From Acidobacteriota bacterium (GTDB lineage: Bacteria; Acidobacteriota; UBA6911; RPQK01; CBDAPI01), in NCBI GenBank assembly GCA_965214465.1, contig CBDCBX010000018.1, positions 157,881 through 221,880 on the forward strand: a stretch of 64,000 bases of DNA, read 5' to 3'. The notes beneath the pieces are model-generated. The model was given only the letters and a program-made list of their open reading frames with translations, was not told the DNA's origin and made no database searches. This document shows, in pieces, positions 19,574 to 31,276 of the stretch. How positions within the stretch are numbered: position 1 is the stretch's first letter; every line of letters begins with the position of its first letter. The translations under genes and the position numbers were made by a program.

Positions 19574-20968
19574 TCAGTCCTGTCGCTGGTTCCAGGGAGC
19601 CAGCATGCCCAACCGCCCGATTCCGGCTCCGCCCAAGGCCCTGATCATCTTCAGGGAGTTGGGGCGGTCGTTTTTCAATTCCCGATGCAGTCTCATCTGA
19701 TGATGAATCCAGCGGCCGGCATGATGGTAGAAGCGATCCGGATAGCGTCCCCGAATACCCAAATCCTTATCCGTCCCGGTCTCCCAGTCACCGCTGCTCA
19801 CAATTCGATCCCCGAGCTGGTCAAAATAGGATGTTCCCTTAATCGGATAAGCAACCGTTGTCAGAAACCGGTCCGGGGAGGCACTCTTCAAGAACGTGAG
19901 CGTCGCTTCGACATCCTTCCTTTGCTCTCCCGGATAACCCAGCATGATGAAAAGTCCGGCTTCAATGCCATTGTCTTGAAGAAGCCTGACCATCTCTACC
20001 ACACGACTGGCACTGGTGCGCCGCTGCATCGCATCCAGAACCGGCTGTGAACCACTTTCGGCCCCAATCCAAAGGCGGAAGCACCCCATAGCGCCGAGTT
20101 CCCGAATCACCTCGGCGTCCAGCCGGTCTTCGCGAGAAATGGTCTCGAAAGGAATCCTCAGGTTTCTCTGTTGCAACTCCCTGGAGAAGGAAAATAGCCA
20201 CTTTCGGTTCATGGTGAAGACATCGTCCGCATACCACAGCATGTCCGGCCGGCAGGTACGCACCAACTCCTCTACTTCATCCGCCACATCCTGCGGCGAC
20301 CTGGAGCGGTAACTGAAGCCGTACACTCCATGACTGCACCAGCTGCAGGTATAGGGACAGCCCCTGGACGTAATGATGGAGACCGGACCTCGTCCATGAT
20401 GGCGTCGCCAGACCTCCACATATCGTTTCTGGTCGATGGCTTCCCGGTCGGGAAAAGGCAGCCTGTCCAGTTCGCGGATCATCGACCTTGACGGAGTGCG
20501 CACGACTCCGCCGTTCTTATCTCTGAAAAAAATACCCTCGATCTCTGCCAGGCTCCCCGGGCTGCCCTGGCAGCGGTACCGGAGCAACTCCTCGAGTGTC
20601 TCCTCTCCTTCTCCTACCACAACCACATCCGCCCCCTGCTCCAGATACTGACGGGCGTAGTTGGCAGGCTCGGGTCCCCCCACCACGACCCAGCTTCCCA
20701 GGGAACGGCAGAGACGGATCATCTCGACGACTCTCACCCTGGTCATCAGGTTGGCTGAAAGGCCAACCACAGGGGGCCTGATCTTCTCAACATGGGCCTC
20801 AAATGCCGGCAGCGAAGAAAACGTGGAATCGAACACTTCAACCGAAAAGCCACTGCGCTTGAGATAGGCGCTGAGGTAGAGGAGACCGAGGGGAGGATAC
20901 GGCTTCATCACCTCCTTTTCCACGGCGTCCTCCATGAGGAAATACCCGTGACTGAGGAGGATATCCAT
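19574..20968 (-). CDS. B12-binding radical SAM protein
   Basis: N-terminal PPLGLLYL...VVVGGP...GEGEETL cobalamin domain; SRGCPYTCSWC CxxxCxxC; GAESGS. Confidence 0.92.
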   Translation of the reverse strand: MDILLSHGYFLMEDAVEKEVMKPYPPLGLLYLSAYLKRSGFSVEVFDSTFSSLPAFEAHVEKIRPPVVGLSANLMTRVRVVEMIRLCRSLGSWVVVGGPEPANYARQYLEQGADVVVVGEGEETLEELLRYRCQGSPGSLAEIEGIFFRDKNGGVVRTPSRSMIRELDRLPFPDREAIDQKRYVEVWRRHHGRGPVSIITSRGCPYTCSWCSHGVYGFSYRSRSPQDVADEVEELVRTCRPDMLWYADDVFTMNRKWLFSFSRELQQRNLRIPFETISREDRLDAEVIRELGAMGCFRLWIGAESGSQPVLDAMQRRTSASRVVEMVRLLQDNGIEAGLFIMLGYPGEQRKDVEATLTFLKSASPDRFLTTVAYPIKGTSYFDQLGDRIVSSGDWETGTDKDLGIRGRYPDRFYHHAGRWIHHQMRLHRELKNDRPNSLKMIRALGGAGIGRLGMLAPWNQRQD

Positions 20969-21141
20969 CGGGGCTAGAGTAGCATGGATAGCGTTCCCCG
21001 TTCCTCGTTCCTCGTTGCCCCCAAAGCCCTAATTCAGTCACTAGATTGGTGGCCGCTGGGGAAACAGGAAAGCCCGAGCACCGCCGCGGTTCCAGACGAT
21101 TCTTCAAGACCCCGAGGAAACCCGGAACGAGAAACGAGGAA

Positions 21142-22065
21142 CTATTCTCTTCTGGTTCCGACCAGCATCAGAAACCTGGCCGGCTCGCGGCTACCGAAGA
21201 GGGACTCTCTCAACTGTCGCAGCCGCCACTTGAACCCGTAAGCGGGGCGAAGCGATTGCCAGGTCAGGCCCAGATCAGCGCCCAGCTCGTCCAGTCGCTC
21301 GAAAGTAAGAAAGTGCTCACTCTGCAGCGAGTTGGAAGGGCACCCGTAGGAACTCTCAAAATGGCGCTCCCGCTGCTTCACCATCTGCTCGCCGCTTTGA
21401 GCGCTGTGATAGATGGGCGAATCCAGCACCACAATTCTCCCGGCCGGGCGGAGGACGCGCAGTGCCTCCTCCAGCGTGATCCGGTAATCCGTCGAGTAAT
21501 GGAGAGAGGCGTTGAAGACGGCCAGGTCAAACTGCTCACTCTGGAAAGGAAGGCGGTCGAACTCAGCTTCCACGCAAGCGAAAACGGAACTGAAATAGCG
21601 CTGGCACCTCAGGCCGTCGAAGCTGTTCTTGACCAGATCGACTGCCGCCACCTGCAGTCCTTCCAGTGCCAGCCGGTTAGACAACCAGCAATTTCCCGCC
21701 CCCAGATCACAGGCTCGCAGGGGCTCGGATCGCTCCTTCTTCCAGGCCTGCAGAGTCGACTGGAGTGTGGCGAAAGTGGCGGCCCGGATGACCCACTCTC
21801 CCCTCCCTCTTGAAGATGGGCCAGGGAAAGGCAGGGCCTTGTACGCCTCGGGGGACAGCTCCCTTCCTTCCGCTTTTCGGATGGTCTCATATTCGCGAAT
21901 GAACTGATCCAACCGGTGTCGTTGGGACGGGGGCAGAAAACCGCGGATTCCATCGACTTCCTCAAAGCTCAGCCGGCAGTCGAGGCAGTGCAGGTCGTGC
22001 CGGCCCTGAAGCGGCTTCCGGCATTGGGGACAAGCCCATTCGATCCAGTGCGCGACTTCCATCAC
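21142..22065 (-). CDS. Class I SAM-dependent methyltransferase with N-terminal Zn ribbon
   Basis: CPQC...CLDC; DLGAGNCW; LPFQSEQFDLAVF. Confidence 0.85.
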   Translation of the reverse strand: MMEVAHWIEWACPQCRKPLQGRHDLHCLDCRLSFEEVDGIRGFLPPSQRHRLDQFIREYETIRKAEGRELSPEAYKALPFPGPSSRGRGEWVIRAATFATLQSTLQAWKKERSEPLRACDLGAGNCWLSNRLALEGLQVAAVDLVKNSFDGLRCQRYFSSVFACVEAEFDRLPFQSEQFDLAVFNASLHYSTDYRITLEEALRVLRPAGRIVVLDSPIYHSAQSGEQMVKQRERHFESSYGCPSNSLQSEHFLTFERLDELGADLGLTWQSLRPAYGFKWRLRQLRESLFGSREPARFLMLVGTRRE

Positions 22066-22071
22066 GAGCCG

Positions 22072-22264
22072 CTAGTGTCCTGTCCCAGAGATTCGCACCA
22101 TTTTGCGGATGGGTCTTGCGAAGTGAGGTCGCGAAGAGAGGAGGAGGCGATGCAGTAGCATCGTTGACGACGAACGACAAAGAGATCGCCCGCAATCCCC
22201 GTCCGCCCGCAGGGTTGGGGCGGGACGGGCCCAACAAAATGATGCGAATCTCTGGGACAGGACA

Positions 22265-22268
<4 letters not shown>
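22072..22268. mobile_element. MITE (~197 bp) flanked by CTAG at the mqnC stop codon
   Basis: IRs TGTCCTGTCCCAGAGATTCGCACCATTTT (22076-22104) and AAAATGATGCGAATCTCTGGGACAGGACA (22236-22264), 28/29 complementary; CTAG on both sides. Confidence 0.88.
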
Positions 22269-23344
<1,076 letters not shown>

Positions 23345-23375
23345 GTGGGTCACGCGGGCCAGCCCAAGACCGGCC

Positions 23376-23669
23376 TTACGATTCTTCCAGTATACTCCCG
23401 GCAATCTGGGCCCATTCATCTTCCAGGGTGCCCAAAAACTCCGGCTCAGAGGCGCTCCGGTACCAGTAGCGAGCATTCCCCAGATCGCCTTCTTTGCGGT
23501 GCAGATAGGCATGAATGCGGGAGCCGATTGCAGAGTGGATGTCCTGGGCCGTGTCGTGGGCGCTGTGCCAGTCTCCCCTGTGGTCGTACCAGAGGGCCAG
23601 GAGTTCCGGCGAGAGATCTTCGGGAGGATTTGTTTCCGCAGTGGAGGCCTGGAAGTCCTGCAACGTCAC
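23376..23669 (-). CDS. Conserved hypothetical small helical protein
   Basis: LALWYDHRGDWHSAH...HAYLHRKEGDLGNARYWY, a widespread small-protein pattern; GTG start inferred. Confidence 0.75.
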   Translation of the reverse strand: MTLQDFQASTAETNPPEDLSPELLALWYDHRGDWHSAHDTAQDIHSAIGSRIHAYLHRKEGDLGNARYWYRSASEPEFLGTLEDEWAQIAGSILEES

Positions 23670-23750
23670 AGCGCTGGCCAGAATAGCACAGCCTGGTATG
23701 GCTGAGGCTGACGGGCTGACACTGCGCAACCAGAAACGAGGAACGAGGAA

Positions 23751-25241
23751 CTACTGATCCGGATAGACCATCGTGGCCGGGTCAGGAAGCGGAATCATGG
23801 TGATCTTTCCGTCCGCCGCCAGTTTCTGAAACGAGTACTCAGGCCGGTCCGGATTTCCTTTCAGCATGTCCTCGACCTGGCCCACTGCCAGTATCACCAT
23901 ACGGTCTGGATGCAGGTACTGGCGGGCTACTCGAAGGACATCCTCGACGGTAACCGCTTTGAGCCAGTCGCGGTAGCGGGTCCAGTAGTCGGGGGCTCGT
24001 CCCACCAACTCGTCAGTCGCGAAGGTTCCGGCCACGGCCAGGGCTGAGGAGAAAAACCGGGGGAAGACTTCGACGGCCTGGTTCTTGATCGTCTTGAGCT
24101 CCTCCTGGCTCACCTTTTCGGTTCGAATCTTCTGGATTTCATCCAGTATGATCTGGGCGGCCTGCGCACAGGTTCGAGACTTGGACTCGAACCCGGCGCG
24201 GAAGGTACCCGGATAATAAGCTCCGGCTGAGAAGCTGGAGCCGGCGTTGTAAGCCAGCCCTTCATCCGACCGGACCCGGCCCAGGATCCTGGAAGTGAAC
24301 CCTGAACCGCCCAGGATGTCATTCATCAGGTCAATGGCAAACTGGTCGGGGTTGCCCAGTTCAATTCCCAAGTGGCCGATCGATACACGGCCCTGGTTCA
24401 CGTCTTCCTTGTTCACCAGGTACACGCCCGGGACCGGAGTGTGGTCAGGCGGCTCGATTCGAGGGGCTCTCTCACCACCCTGCCACCCCTGCATGCGACT
24501 CTCCAGGCGGGCCTTCATTTCTGCCGTGTCGAAGTCCCCGGAAACTGCGAAGATGAAGTTGGCCGGACGGAAGTACTTCTCATGAAATGACTTCAGATTT
24601 GCAACACTGATCGACTCGATGGTAGCGGTCGTCGTCTGCGCACTGCTGGGATGATTCGAGCCCCGCATCAACCGAGCCCATTCTCTCCGTTCGATAGAGG
24701 AAGTCCTGTCATTCCTTCGTTCCAGGTTCTGCAGTACCTGACTCTTGTAGAGATCGAGTCGATCCTGCTGGAAAACCGGGTTCTTCAGCATTTCAAAGAA
24801 GAGATCCAGCCCCTTATCCAGATCTTTGGTCAGAACGTTCAGGTCGGCATCGCAGGAGTTCAATTCTGCGGTGGTAGAGATGGAAGCCGCCAGAAAATCG
24901 GTTTCTTCGTCAAATTCTTCGGCTGTCCAGCGTTGAGTTCCCCCGCTCCTGAGCAGGGAGAGAACAGCCTGGGTCAGCCCCCGCTTGTCGTCGGGATCCA
25001 GGTGGGAACCGGCCCGAATGACGAGGCTGACGTTCACCAGAGGGAGATCGTGATTCTCAACAAAGAAGCCGACTACGCCGTTGCTCAAGACGTGTCGATG
25101 CTGGCTGGCGTGCGGGGGTTCGTACTCGAGCGGGGGAAAGAGAAGCTGGTCCGGATGGGAAGCTATTTCACCCTGACCCGCCAGAAACGGGGAAAAGAGG
25201 AAAACGACAATCCCTGCAAGCACTGTGGGGTTGCTTCTCAC
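23751..25241 (-). CDS. M16B peptidase-like subunit (no HXXEH), signal peptide
   Basis: LSNG..ENHDLPLV, ILGGSGFTSR..VRSDEGLAY; overlaps its partner gene. Confidence 0.88.
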   Translation of the reverse strand: MRSNPTVLAGIVVFLFSPFLAGQGEIASHPDQLLFPPLEYEPPHASQHRHVLSNGVVGFFVENHDLPLVNVSLVIRAGSHLDPDDKRGLTQAVLSLLRSGGTQRWTAEEFDEETDFLAASISTTAELNSCDADLNVLTKDLDKGLDLFFEMLKNPVFQQDRLDLYKSQVLQNLERRNDRTSSIERREWARLMRGSNHPSSAQTTTATIESISVANLKSFHEKYFRPANFIFAVSGDFDTAEMKARLESRMQGWQGGERAPRIEPPDHTPVPGVYLVNKEDVNQGRVSIGHLGIELGNPDQFAIDLMNDILGGSGFTSRILGRVRSDEGLAYNAGSSFSAGAYYPGTFRAGFESKSRTCAQAAQIILDEIQKIRTEKVSQEELKTIKNQAVEVFPRFFSSALAVAGTFATDELVGRAPDYWTRYRDWLKAVTVEDVLRVARQYLHPDRMVILAVGQVEDMLKGNPDRPEYSFQKLAADGKITMIPLPDPATMVYPDQ

Positions 25242-26983
25242 TGACCTTCCCCTTTCAGTTCTTCCAACCGTCTCTCCAGCAGTTGCCTGAAAACGTCGAA
25301 CATTTTCCTTTGATCCTCCGGAACCTGCCCCTCTGAGCGCGCCATCTGGGCCAGTTGCTGCTCGATCTGCTCAGCGGGAGCCTGTGAGAGGCCGGCCAGC
25401 ATGGGCTGTATCGCCGCCCGCTCCTGAGGGGACAGGGAAGACAGGAGCGGATCCGGCTCGGCCTCACCGGCCTCCGACTCCTTGGTGTAATAGATGGCCA
25501 CAGCGCGGTTCTCAGGGCTGAAGTACTTTCCAATCAGGTGCTGAATGTCCTCCGCTGTCACGGCCTGGATCAGGGCAGGATCCGTGTTGAAGGACTCCCA
25601 GCCTCGGTTGGATTCGGCGATCAGAAGTTGAAACATCAAGGAAAAGTTGTTTTCCATCCGCCGAAAAGCGCTGGCCGCGTAGCGATTCTTGACCTTCTGG
25701 AGTTCACGCTCACCGACCGGTTCCTCTTTGAGCCTGTCCAGCTCTGCGTAAATAGCGAGCTCGACGTCTTCGGGTGTCTTTCCCGGCTTGGCGATTCCCG
25801 AGATGGAGAAAAAGCCCGCCCACTTGCGGGAGCTCTGGCCTGCCGAAACCTGATTGGCAACCTGCTGGCCTTCCACCAGAGCCTTGTGGAAGCGACCCGT
25901 TCTGCCGCTCAGTAGAGTCCCGAGTACGGTCAGTGCAGCATCATCCTGGTGGCCGTCGGCAACCGTGTGATAGCGGATTTCAACCTCTGGGTTGGTCTCG
26001 GCATAGGCAACCATCCGTTTTTCCGCCATTTGCTCGATCTCGCGGGTCCGTACGGCAGGTTGCTCAATCGGACTACGCTGAAGACGACCAAAATACTGGT
26101 CGATGAACCGTTTCACCTGGGCCGGATCGAACTCACCCACCAGACAGGCAACCAGATTGTTGGGAGCGTAATTGAGCGCAAAGTAGTCCATCGCTTCCTT
26201 GCGCGTGATTCCGTCCAGGTCGCTGGGCCAGCCCACTACCGGCCACGCATAAGGATGGGAGGTCCAGAACAGGGAGTCGAACTCTTCCCGAAACCGGCCC
26301 GTGGGGGTGCTCTCCACAGAGAGTCGCCGCTCCTCGCGAACTACGTCTCGCTCCGCGTAAAACTCTCGAAACACCGGGTTGGAGAGTCGGTCAGTCTCCA
26401 TCCAGAACCACAGTTCTAACTTGTTGGCCGGGAGATTGATGAAATAGATGGTGAAATCCTGGCTGGTTCCCGCATTCATGCTACTGGCACCGGCGCTCTT
26501 ATAGATTCGGTCGAAGTCGCTTTTGACCAGAAGCTCCTTCTGCGACGCCAGAAGACCTTCGAACTCGTCCAGAAGCCGCTGGTGTTCCTCAGTTCTGCTC
26601 TCGGGATTCACCAGGTCATCGATTTCACCCAATCTCAGCCGATCGATCATGTCTTGCTCTTGAATCGCCAGCCGGGCCTTGGTCTCATCCAGTGCGGCGA
26701 TGATCTTCAGATCCTCTTCGATATCCCGGGTGCCGATGGTGTGGGTACCCTTGAACATCATGTGCTCGAAGAGATGCGAAAGGCCTGTAATCCCGGGCCT
26801 TTCGTTGACGGATCCAACCCGGGCTACCCAGCCGGCAGCGACATTCGGATCTCCGCGCCGGGGCACCAAAAGGAAGCTCATCCCGTTGTCCAGAAGGTAC
26901 TCTTCAACCTGGACCTGCTGGGCTGCGCCAGGAGCGGTCAGAAAAGTCCAGGCCAGTAAGATCAACAGCGGCTTCTTGTTCAT
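25238..26983 (-). CDS. M16B zinc peptidase, catalytic subunit
   Basis: GLSHLFEHMMFKGT (HXXEH), NAGT, EERR, HPYAWPVVGW. Confidence 0.92.
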   Translation of the reverse strand: MNKKPLLILLAWTFLTAPGAAQQVQVEEYLLDNGMSFLLVPRRGDPNVAAGWVARVGSVNERPGITGLSHLFEHMMFKGTHTIGTRDIEEDLKIIAALDETKARLAIQEQDMIDRLRLGEIDDLVNPESRTEEHQRLLDEFEGLLASQKELLVKSDFDRIYKSAGASSMNAGTSQDFTIYFINLPANKLELWFWMETDRLSNPVFREFYAERDVVREERRLSVESTPTGRFREEFDSLFWTSHPYAWPVVGWPSDLDGITRKEAMDYFALNYAPNNLVACLVGEFDPAQVKRFIDQYFGRLQRSPIEQPAVRTREIEQMAEKRMVAYAETNPEVEIRYHTVADGHQDDAALTVLGTLLSGRTGRFHKALVEGQQVANQVSAGQSSRKWAGFFSISGIAKPGKTPEDVELAIYAELDRLKEEPVGERELQKVKNRYAASAFRRMENNFSLMFQLLIAESNRGWESFNTDPALIQAVTAEDIQHLIGKYFSPENRAVAIYYTKESEAGEAEPDPLLSSLSPQERAAIQPMLAGLSQAPAEQIEQQLAQMARSEGQVPEDQRKMFDVFRQLLERRLEELKGEGQ

Positions 26984-28035
26984 TGATTTCTTTCCATCCT
27001 GGGTTCCGAGTCTAGCACGGTGGGATCATCCGCAGCCGTCCCACACTGCTCCCGCAAGAAGCTCGTGATCGTCGCCAGGTAGCGGTCCGAGTCGGCTTCC
27101 CAGGCGTCTCCATGATTCGCCTGATCAAAGAAAACCAGTTTCTTGTGGGTGGTCGGCAAAGCCTGGAACAGTGACCTAGCAGTCTGCGCCGGCATTCTCT
27201 CGTCCTCGCTGCCATAGATCAGCAGAGTCGGAGGCCAGTTTTGCAACTTCTTGAAGACGCGGGGCAAGTCGAAGGCCTCGGCGGAAAAGCCTCCTAACCT
27301 CGTCAACTGCCAGACGAAGACATCTGCGAAGGGGAAACCGGGCATCCCTACAAACAACCGGGCATGCCGACGGACCGTGTCCCTCAGGCTGGCAAAACTG
27401 CTGTCCGCGATGATGGCCATCGGAGCTTCCTTCATTTCGGAAACCGCCATCAGACTGGCGGCAGCACCCATCGAAATCCCCATCACTGCGAGACCTGAGG
27501 ACTGATTCTGCCGCACAAACCGTACGGCTCCCAGCACGTCGAGCCTTTCTTGATATCCCATGGTGATGGGCCCGGGTCCGCTTTTCCCGTGCCCCCTCAG
27601 GTCATAGACCAGTACGCTGTGACCCAGTTGGCGAAACTGGCAGCCGCGTTCGGTCACTTCCTTTCGATCCCGAAACAGGCCATGCGCAATCACGAGCACA
27701 GTTTTCTCCGGATCGCCCTCCATCCACCAGCCGGCCAGATCAATTCCGTCGCGGCTCTTGAAGACTACCTCCTCAAAACGGCAACCGAATTCTCCCGGGT
27801 CCAGATTCAGCCGGACATCCTGGGGCCTGGTACCCGCCCCTGAGATCAGAAGGGCAAAGAGAACGGGGATGAGCACAAAGGTGACCGTGGGCCAGACCCC
27901 CAGAAACGAGTAGAGCGAGAATCGCACAATGCGCCTTCCCCAGCGCCTCTTGAGCAACCGCGAAACGATCCAGGTGAGGCCGCTCAGAAGCACAATCAGG
28001 ACCCCTGCCACAACCCCCGTTATCAAATAGAACAT
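26980..28035 (-). CDS. Membrane-anchored alpha/beta hydrolase
   Basis: N-terminal TM segments; YDLRGHG, GISMG nucleophile elbow, C-terminal His. Confidence 0.85.
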   Translation of the reverse strand: MFYLITGVVAGVLIVLLSGLTWIVSRLLKRRWGRRIVRFSLYSFLGVWPTVTFVLIPVLFALLISGAGTRPQDVRLNLDPGEFGCRFEEVVFKSRDGIDLAGWWMEGDPEKTVLVIAHGLFRDRKEVTERGCQFRQLGHSVLVYDLRGHGKSGPGPITMGYQERLDVLGAVRFVRQNQSSGLAVMGISMGAAASLMAVSEMKEAPMAIIADSSFASLRDTVRRHARLFVGMPGFPFADVFVWQLTRLGGFSAEAFDLPRVFKKLQNWPPTLLIYGSEDERMPAQTARSLFQALPTTHKKLVFFDQANHGDAWEADSDRYLATITSFLREQCGTAADDPTVLDSEPRMERNQ

Positions 28036-28050
28036 TCAGCTTCCTCTCCA

Positions 28051-28103
28051 GTAGGAGGACCCTCCGTGGTCCGAGCAGATCGCCGCATGGAAGCGGCTCC
28101 TAC
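28051..28103. repeat. REPIN (second REP family)
   Basis: GTAGGAGGACCCTCCGTGGTCCG...GGAAGCGGCTCCTAC; first unit matches the reverse complement of 3799-3821. Confidence 0.75.
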
Positions 28104-28267
28104 GCCTCGCTGTCGTGCGACATTCCTAGCAGCCCGCGCTGGAAGTCCCACGGACTGCAAACCTGGCCCGGCCCGACCCCGGGAGACATCTCCAGTACAC
28201 CGTCACTGCCAACCAGTCATAATGATACGTCTTGCTCGCCACCGGCGAGTGCGCAGCAGAAACTAGC

Positions 28268-30070
28268 ATGGACAGAGCTCACATTCGGAACTTCTGCATT
28301 ATCGCCCACATCGACCATGGGAAAAGCACTCTGGCCGATCGCATCCTGGAATTGACCGGGACCGTCGGAGTGCGTCAGATGCGCGAGCAAGTGCTGGACA
28401 AGATGGATCTGGAGCGAGAGCGAGGGATCACGATCAAGATGGCAGCCGTGCGACTTTCCTACTCTGCCGCTGATGGACAGGACTACGAGCTGAACCTCAT
28501 TGATACGCCCGGGCATGTCGATTTCACCTATGAAGTGTCTCGAAGTCTGGCCGCCTGTGAGGGCGCCATTCTGGTAGTGGATGCTGCCCAGGGCGTCGAA
28601 GCTCAGACCCTGGCCAATGTCAATCTGGCTATCGATAGCGGCCTCGAAATCGTTCCGGTGATCAACAAGATCGATCTTCCCGCAGCCGATCCGGAACGGG
28701 TCAGACAAGAGATCGAGGAGACGCTGAGCATCGACTGCTCATCCGAACTGCTGGCCAGCGCCAAAGAAGGGACAGGGATCATCGAAGTCCTGGAAGCGGT
28801 GATTCAGCGGGTGCCCGCGCCGGCAGGAACGGATGAGGGCCCTTTGCGAGCGCTGGTCTTCGACAGTCATTTCGATCCCTATCTTGGAACTATCGCTCAT
28901 GTTCGTGTTTTCGACGGGAAGATCCGCAAGGGGACCGGCATTCGAATGATGGCGTCCGGCCATGAGGCCGAGGTCAGCGGGGTCGGGGTCTTTGCTCCCG
29001 AGATGCGTTCGGCGCAGGAGTTGAGAAGCGGACAGGTGGGTTTTGTGCATGCCGCCATCAAGTTGATCGGGCAGTGCCAGGTGGGCGATACCATGACCCT
29101 GGCGAATCGACCCGCCGCCGAAGCCCTGCCCGGGTATCGGTCTGCCAAGCCGGTGGTTTTCTGCGGTCTCTACCCGGTCGAGACGGACGAGTTTCCCGAG
29201 CTTCGAGAAGCGCTCTCACGGCTTCAACTCAACGACGCGGCCCTCTCATTCGAGCCCGAGACTTCGGCGGCCCTGGGCTTTGGATTTCGCTGCGGATTCC
29301 TGGGCCTGCTTCACAGTGAGATCATCCAGGAACGGTTGGAACGGGAATTCGGAATCGAACTAGTGGCCACTTCCCCTTCGGTTGTTTACCAACTCAACCT
29401 GAAGGCCGGCGAGGTTCAGGTGCTCGACAATCCCAGTGCCTGGCCCGACCGTGGTGACATTGACTTTGTCGAAGAACCCTATGTGCTGGCCACGATTCTC
29501 ACCCCCAACGACTACGTGGGCTCGTGCATGGAGCTGTGCGAAGACCGGCGCGGAAACTTCAAGCACATGGAGTACACGGGGCCGGAAAGGGTAGTGCTCA
29601 CTTATGAACTCCCGCTGGGGGAGATCCTTCTCGATTTCTTCGATACGCTGAAGAGCCGAAGTCGGGGCTATGCCTCTTTCGACTATGAGTGGATGGGTTA
29701 TCGGCCAGGCAAGCTGGTCAAGCTGGACATTCGTATTAACAACGAGGTTGTGGATGCGCTCAGTTTCATTACTCACACAGAGAGGGCCTTCAGCCGTGGC
29801 AAGGCACTGGTGAAGCGTCTCCGGGAAATCCTCCCGCGACAGCTCTTCGAAATCCGACTGCAGGCGTCTCTCGGAAGCAAGGTGATTGCGGCCGAGAAGA
29901 TCAGCGCCCTGCGCAAGAACGTGATCGCCAAATGCTACGGCGGAGACGTCACCCGCAAACGAAAACTGCTGGCCCGCCAGAAGGAGGGAAAAAAGCGGAT
30001 GAAATCCGTGGGCCGGGTGGAGATCCCTCAGGAGGCTTTCTTGAGCGTTCTGAAGGTAGGCAGTGAGTAA
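28268..30070 (+). CDS. lepA: Elongation factor 4
   Basis: [53 protein letters not shown]. Confidence 0.98.
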   Translation: MDRAHIRNFCIIAHIDHGKSTLADRILELTGTVGVRQMREQVLDKMDLERERGITIKMAAVRLSYSAADGQDYELNLIDTPGHVDFTYEVSRSLAACEGAILVVDAAQGVEAQTLANVNLAIDSGLEIVPVINKIDLPAADPERVRQEIEETLSIDCSSELLASAKEGTGIIEVLEAVIQRVPAPAGTDEGPLRALVFDSHFDPYLGTIAHVRVFDGKIRKGTGIRMMASGHEAEVSGVGVFAPEMRSAQELRSGQVGFVHAAIKLIGQCQVGDTMTLANRPAAEALPGYRSAKPVVFCGLYPVETDEFPELREALSRLQLNDAALSFEPETSAALGFGFRCGFLGLLHSEIIQERLEREFGIELVATSPSVVYQLNLKAGEVQVLDNPSAWPDRGDIDFVEEPYVLATILTPNDYVGSCMELCEDRRGNFKHMEYTGPERVVLTYELPLGEILLDFFDTLKSRSRGYASFDYEWMGYRPGKLVKLDIRINNEVVDALSFITHTERAFSRGKALVKRLREILPRQLFEIRLQASLGSKVIAAEKISALRKNVIAKCYGGDVTRKRKLLARQKEGKKRMKSVGRVEIPQEAFLSVLKVGSE

Positions 30071-30076
30071 GCGACA

Positions 30077-31276
30077 TTGAAAACGCCGCAGACCGCCGGG
30101 CAGATCAAGGTCGTCGCCAGGGCAGCAGGCCTTCCCGTCGGGACCGGTCCTCTGGAAGACCTGGGCGTCTATGTGCATATCCCTTTCTGTGTCCAGAAAT
30201 GCCCTTACTGTGATTTTGTAACCGACCCTCTGCAGCCGGCTCCAAAGCAACGCTATCTGGAGGCCCTGGAACGCGAAATCCGTTCCTCTCCCTGGGCGGG
30301 GAGCCGCGTTTCGACCTTGTTCCTGGGAGGAGGCACACCTTCCGAACTGACCCTGGCGGAACTGGGCCGGCTGTTCGCAGCCATCCGATCCAGTTTCGAC
30401 CTGTCCAAACTCAATGAGGCGACGCTCGAGTGCAATCCCGGCACCCTGACCGCCAGCCAGGCTGACGCCTGGTTGCAACTCGGTTTCAATCGGATCAGCC
30501 TGGGAGTCCAATCCTTCCAGGATCGCCATCTGAAGCGGCTGGGGCGGGCTCACACCGCGGTCGAGGCAAGACGAGCCCTCTCCTTCATCCAGGACAGCGG
30601 GTTCAGGCGTCTCAGCCTCGATCTGATCTTCGCTCTCCCCGCTCAAGCACTTCCCGAGTGGGAGTCGGACGTAGCCGAAGCCCTTGACTTCGACCCGGGG
30701 CACATCTCCCTTTACCATCTGACTTTCGAGAAGGGGACGGAGTTCTTTGCGAGGATGCGGAGCGGAGAGCTGATTCCCCCCGACGACCACGTCGCCGCCG
30801 AGATGTTCGAGAGCGCCATCCGCCGGCTGGAATCCTGCGGGTACCGACAGTATGAGATTTCCAACTTCGCCAAACCGGGGCATGAGTGTCTTCACAACCA
30901 GCGCTACTGGCAGAACCGGCCCACGCTGGGCCTGGGTGTGAGTGCTGCGTCCTACATCGAGGGAGTCCGCTGGGCCAACGCCCGGCAGATCGCCACTTAC
31001 TCAGAAGCCGATTCCAACCCACCCCCTCTGGATTTTGTAGAGGCACTGAGTCCTCCAGAGGCTCTGGGTGAAGAAATTATGCTCCGACTTCGTACTGATG
31101 AGGGAGTCCACCTGGATCGGGTTTCCGCCAAGTTCGGGTTGGACTCGCCCGGCCCCTACGCTGAGAGGATTGAAAGGTTGATCGCACTCGACCTGATTTC
31201 GTGGCACGACCATCACCTGCAGTTGACCCGTGAGGGGCTGATGGCGGCGGACTCGGTCTGTATGGAGTTTTTGTAG
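30077..31276 (+). CDS. hemW: Radical SAM heme chaperone HemW
   Basis: YVHIPFCVQKCPYCDF, GGGTPS, YEISNF, HNQRYW; follows lepA. Confidence 0.92.
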   Translation: MKTPQTAGQIKVVARAAGLPVGTGPLEDLGVYVHIPFCVQKCPYCDFVTDPLQPAPKQRYLEALEREIRSSPWAGSRVSTLFLGGGTPSELTLAELGRLFAAIRSSFDLSKLNEATLECNPGTLTASQADAWLQLGFNRISLGVQSFQDRHLKRLGRAHTAVEARRALSFIQDSGFRRLSLDLIFALPAQALPEWESDVAEALDFDPGHISLYHLTFEKGTEFFARMRSGELIPPDDHVAAEMFESAIRRLESCGYRQYEISNFAKPGHECLHNQRYWQNRPTLGLGVSAASYIEGVRWANARQIATYSEADSNPPPLDFVEALSPPEALGEEIMLRLRTDEGVHLDRVSAKFGLDSPGPYAERIERLIALDLISWHDHHLQLTREGLMAADSVCMEFL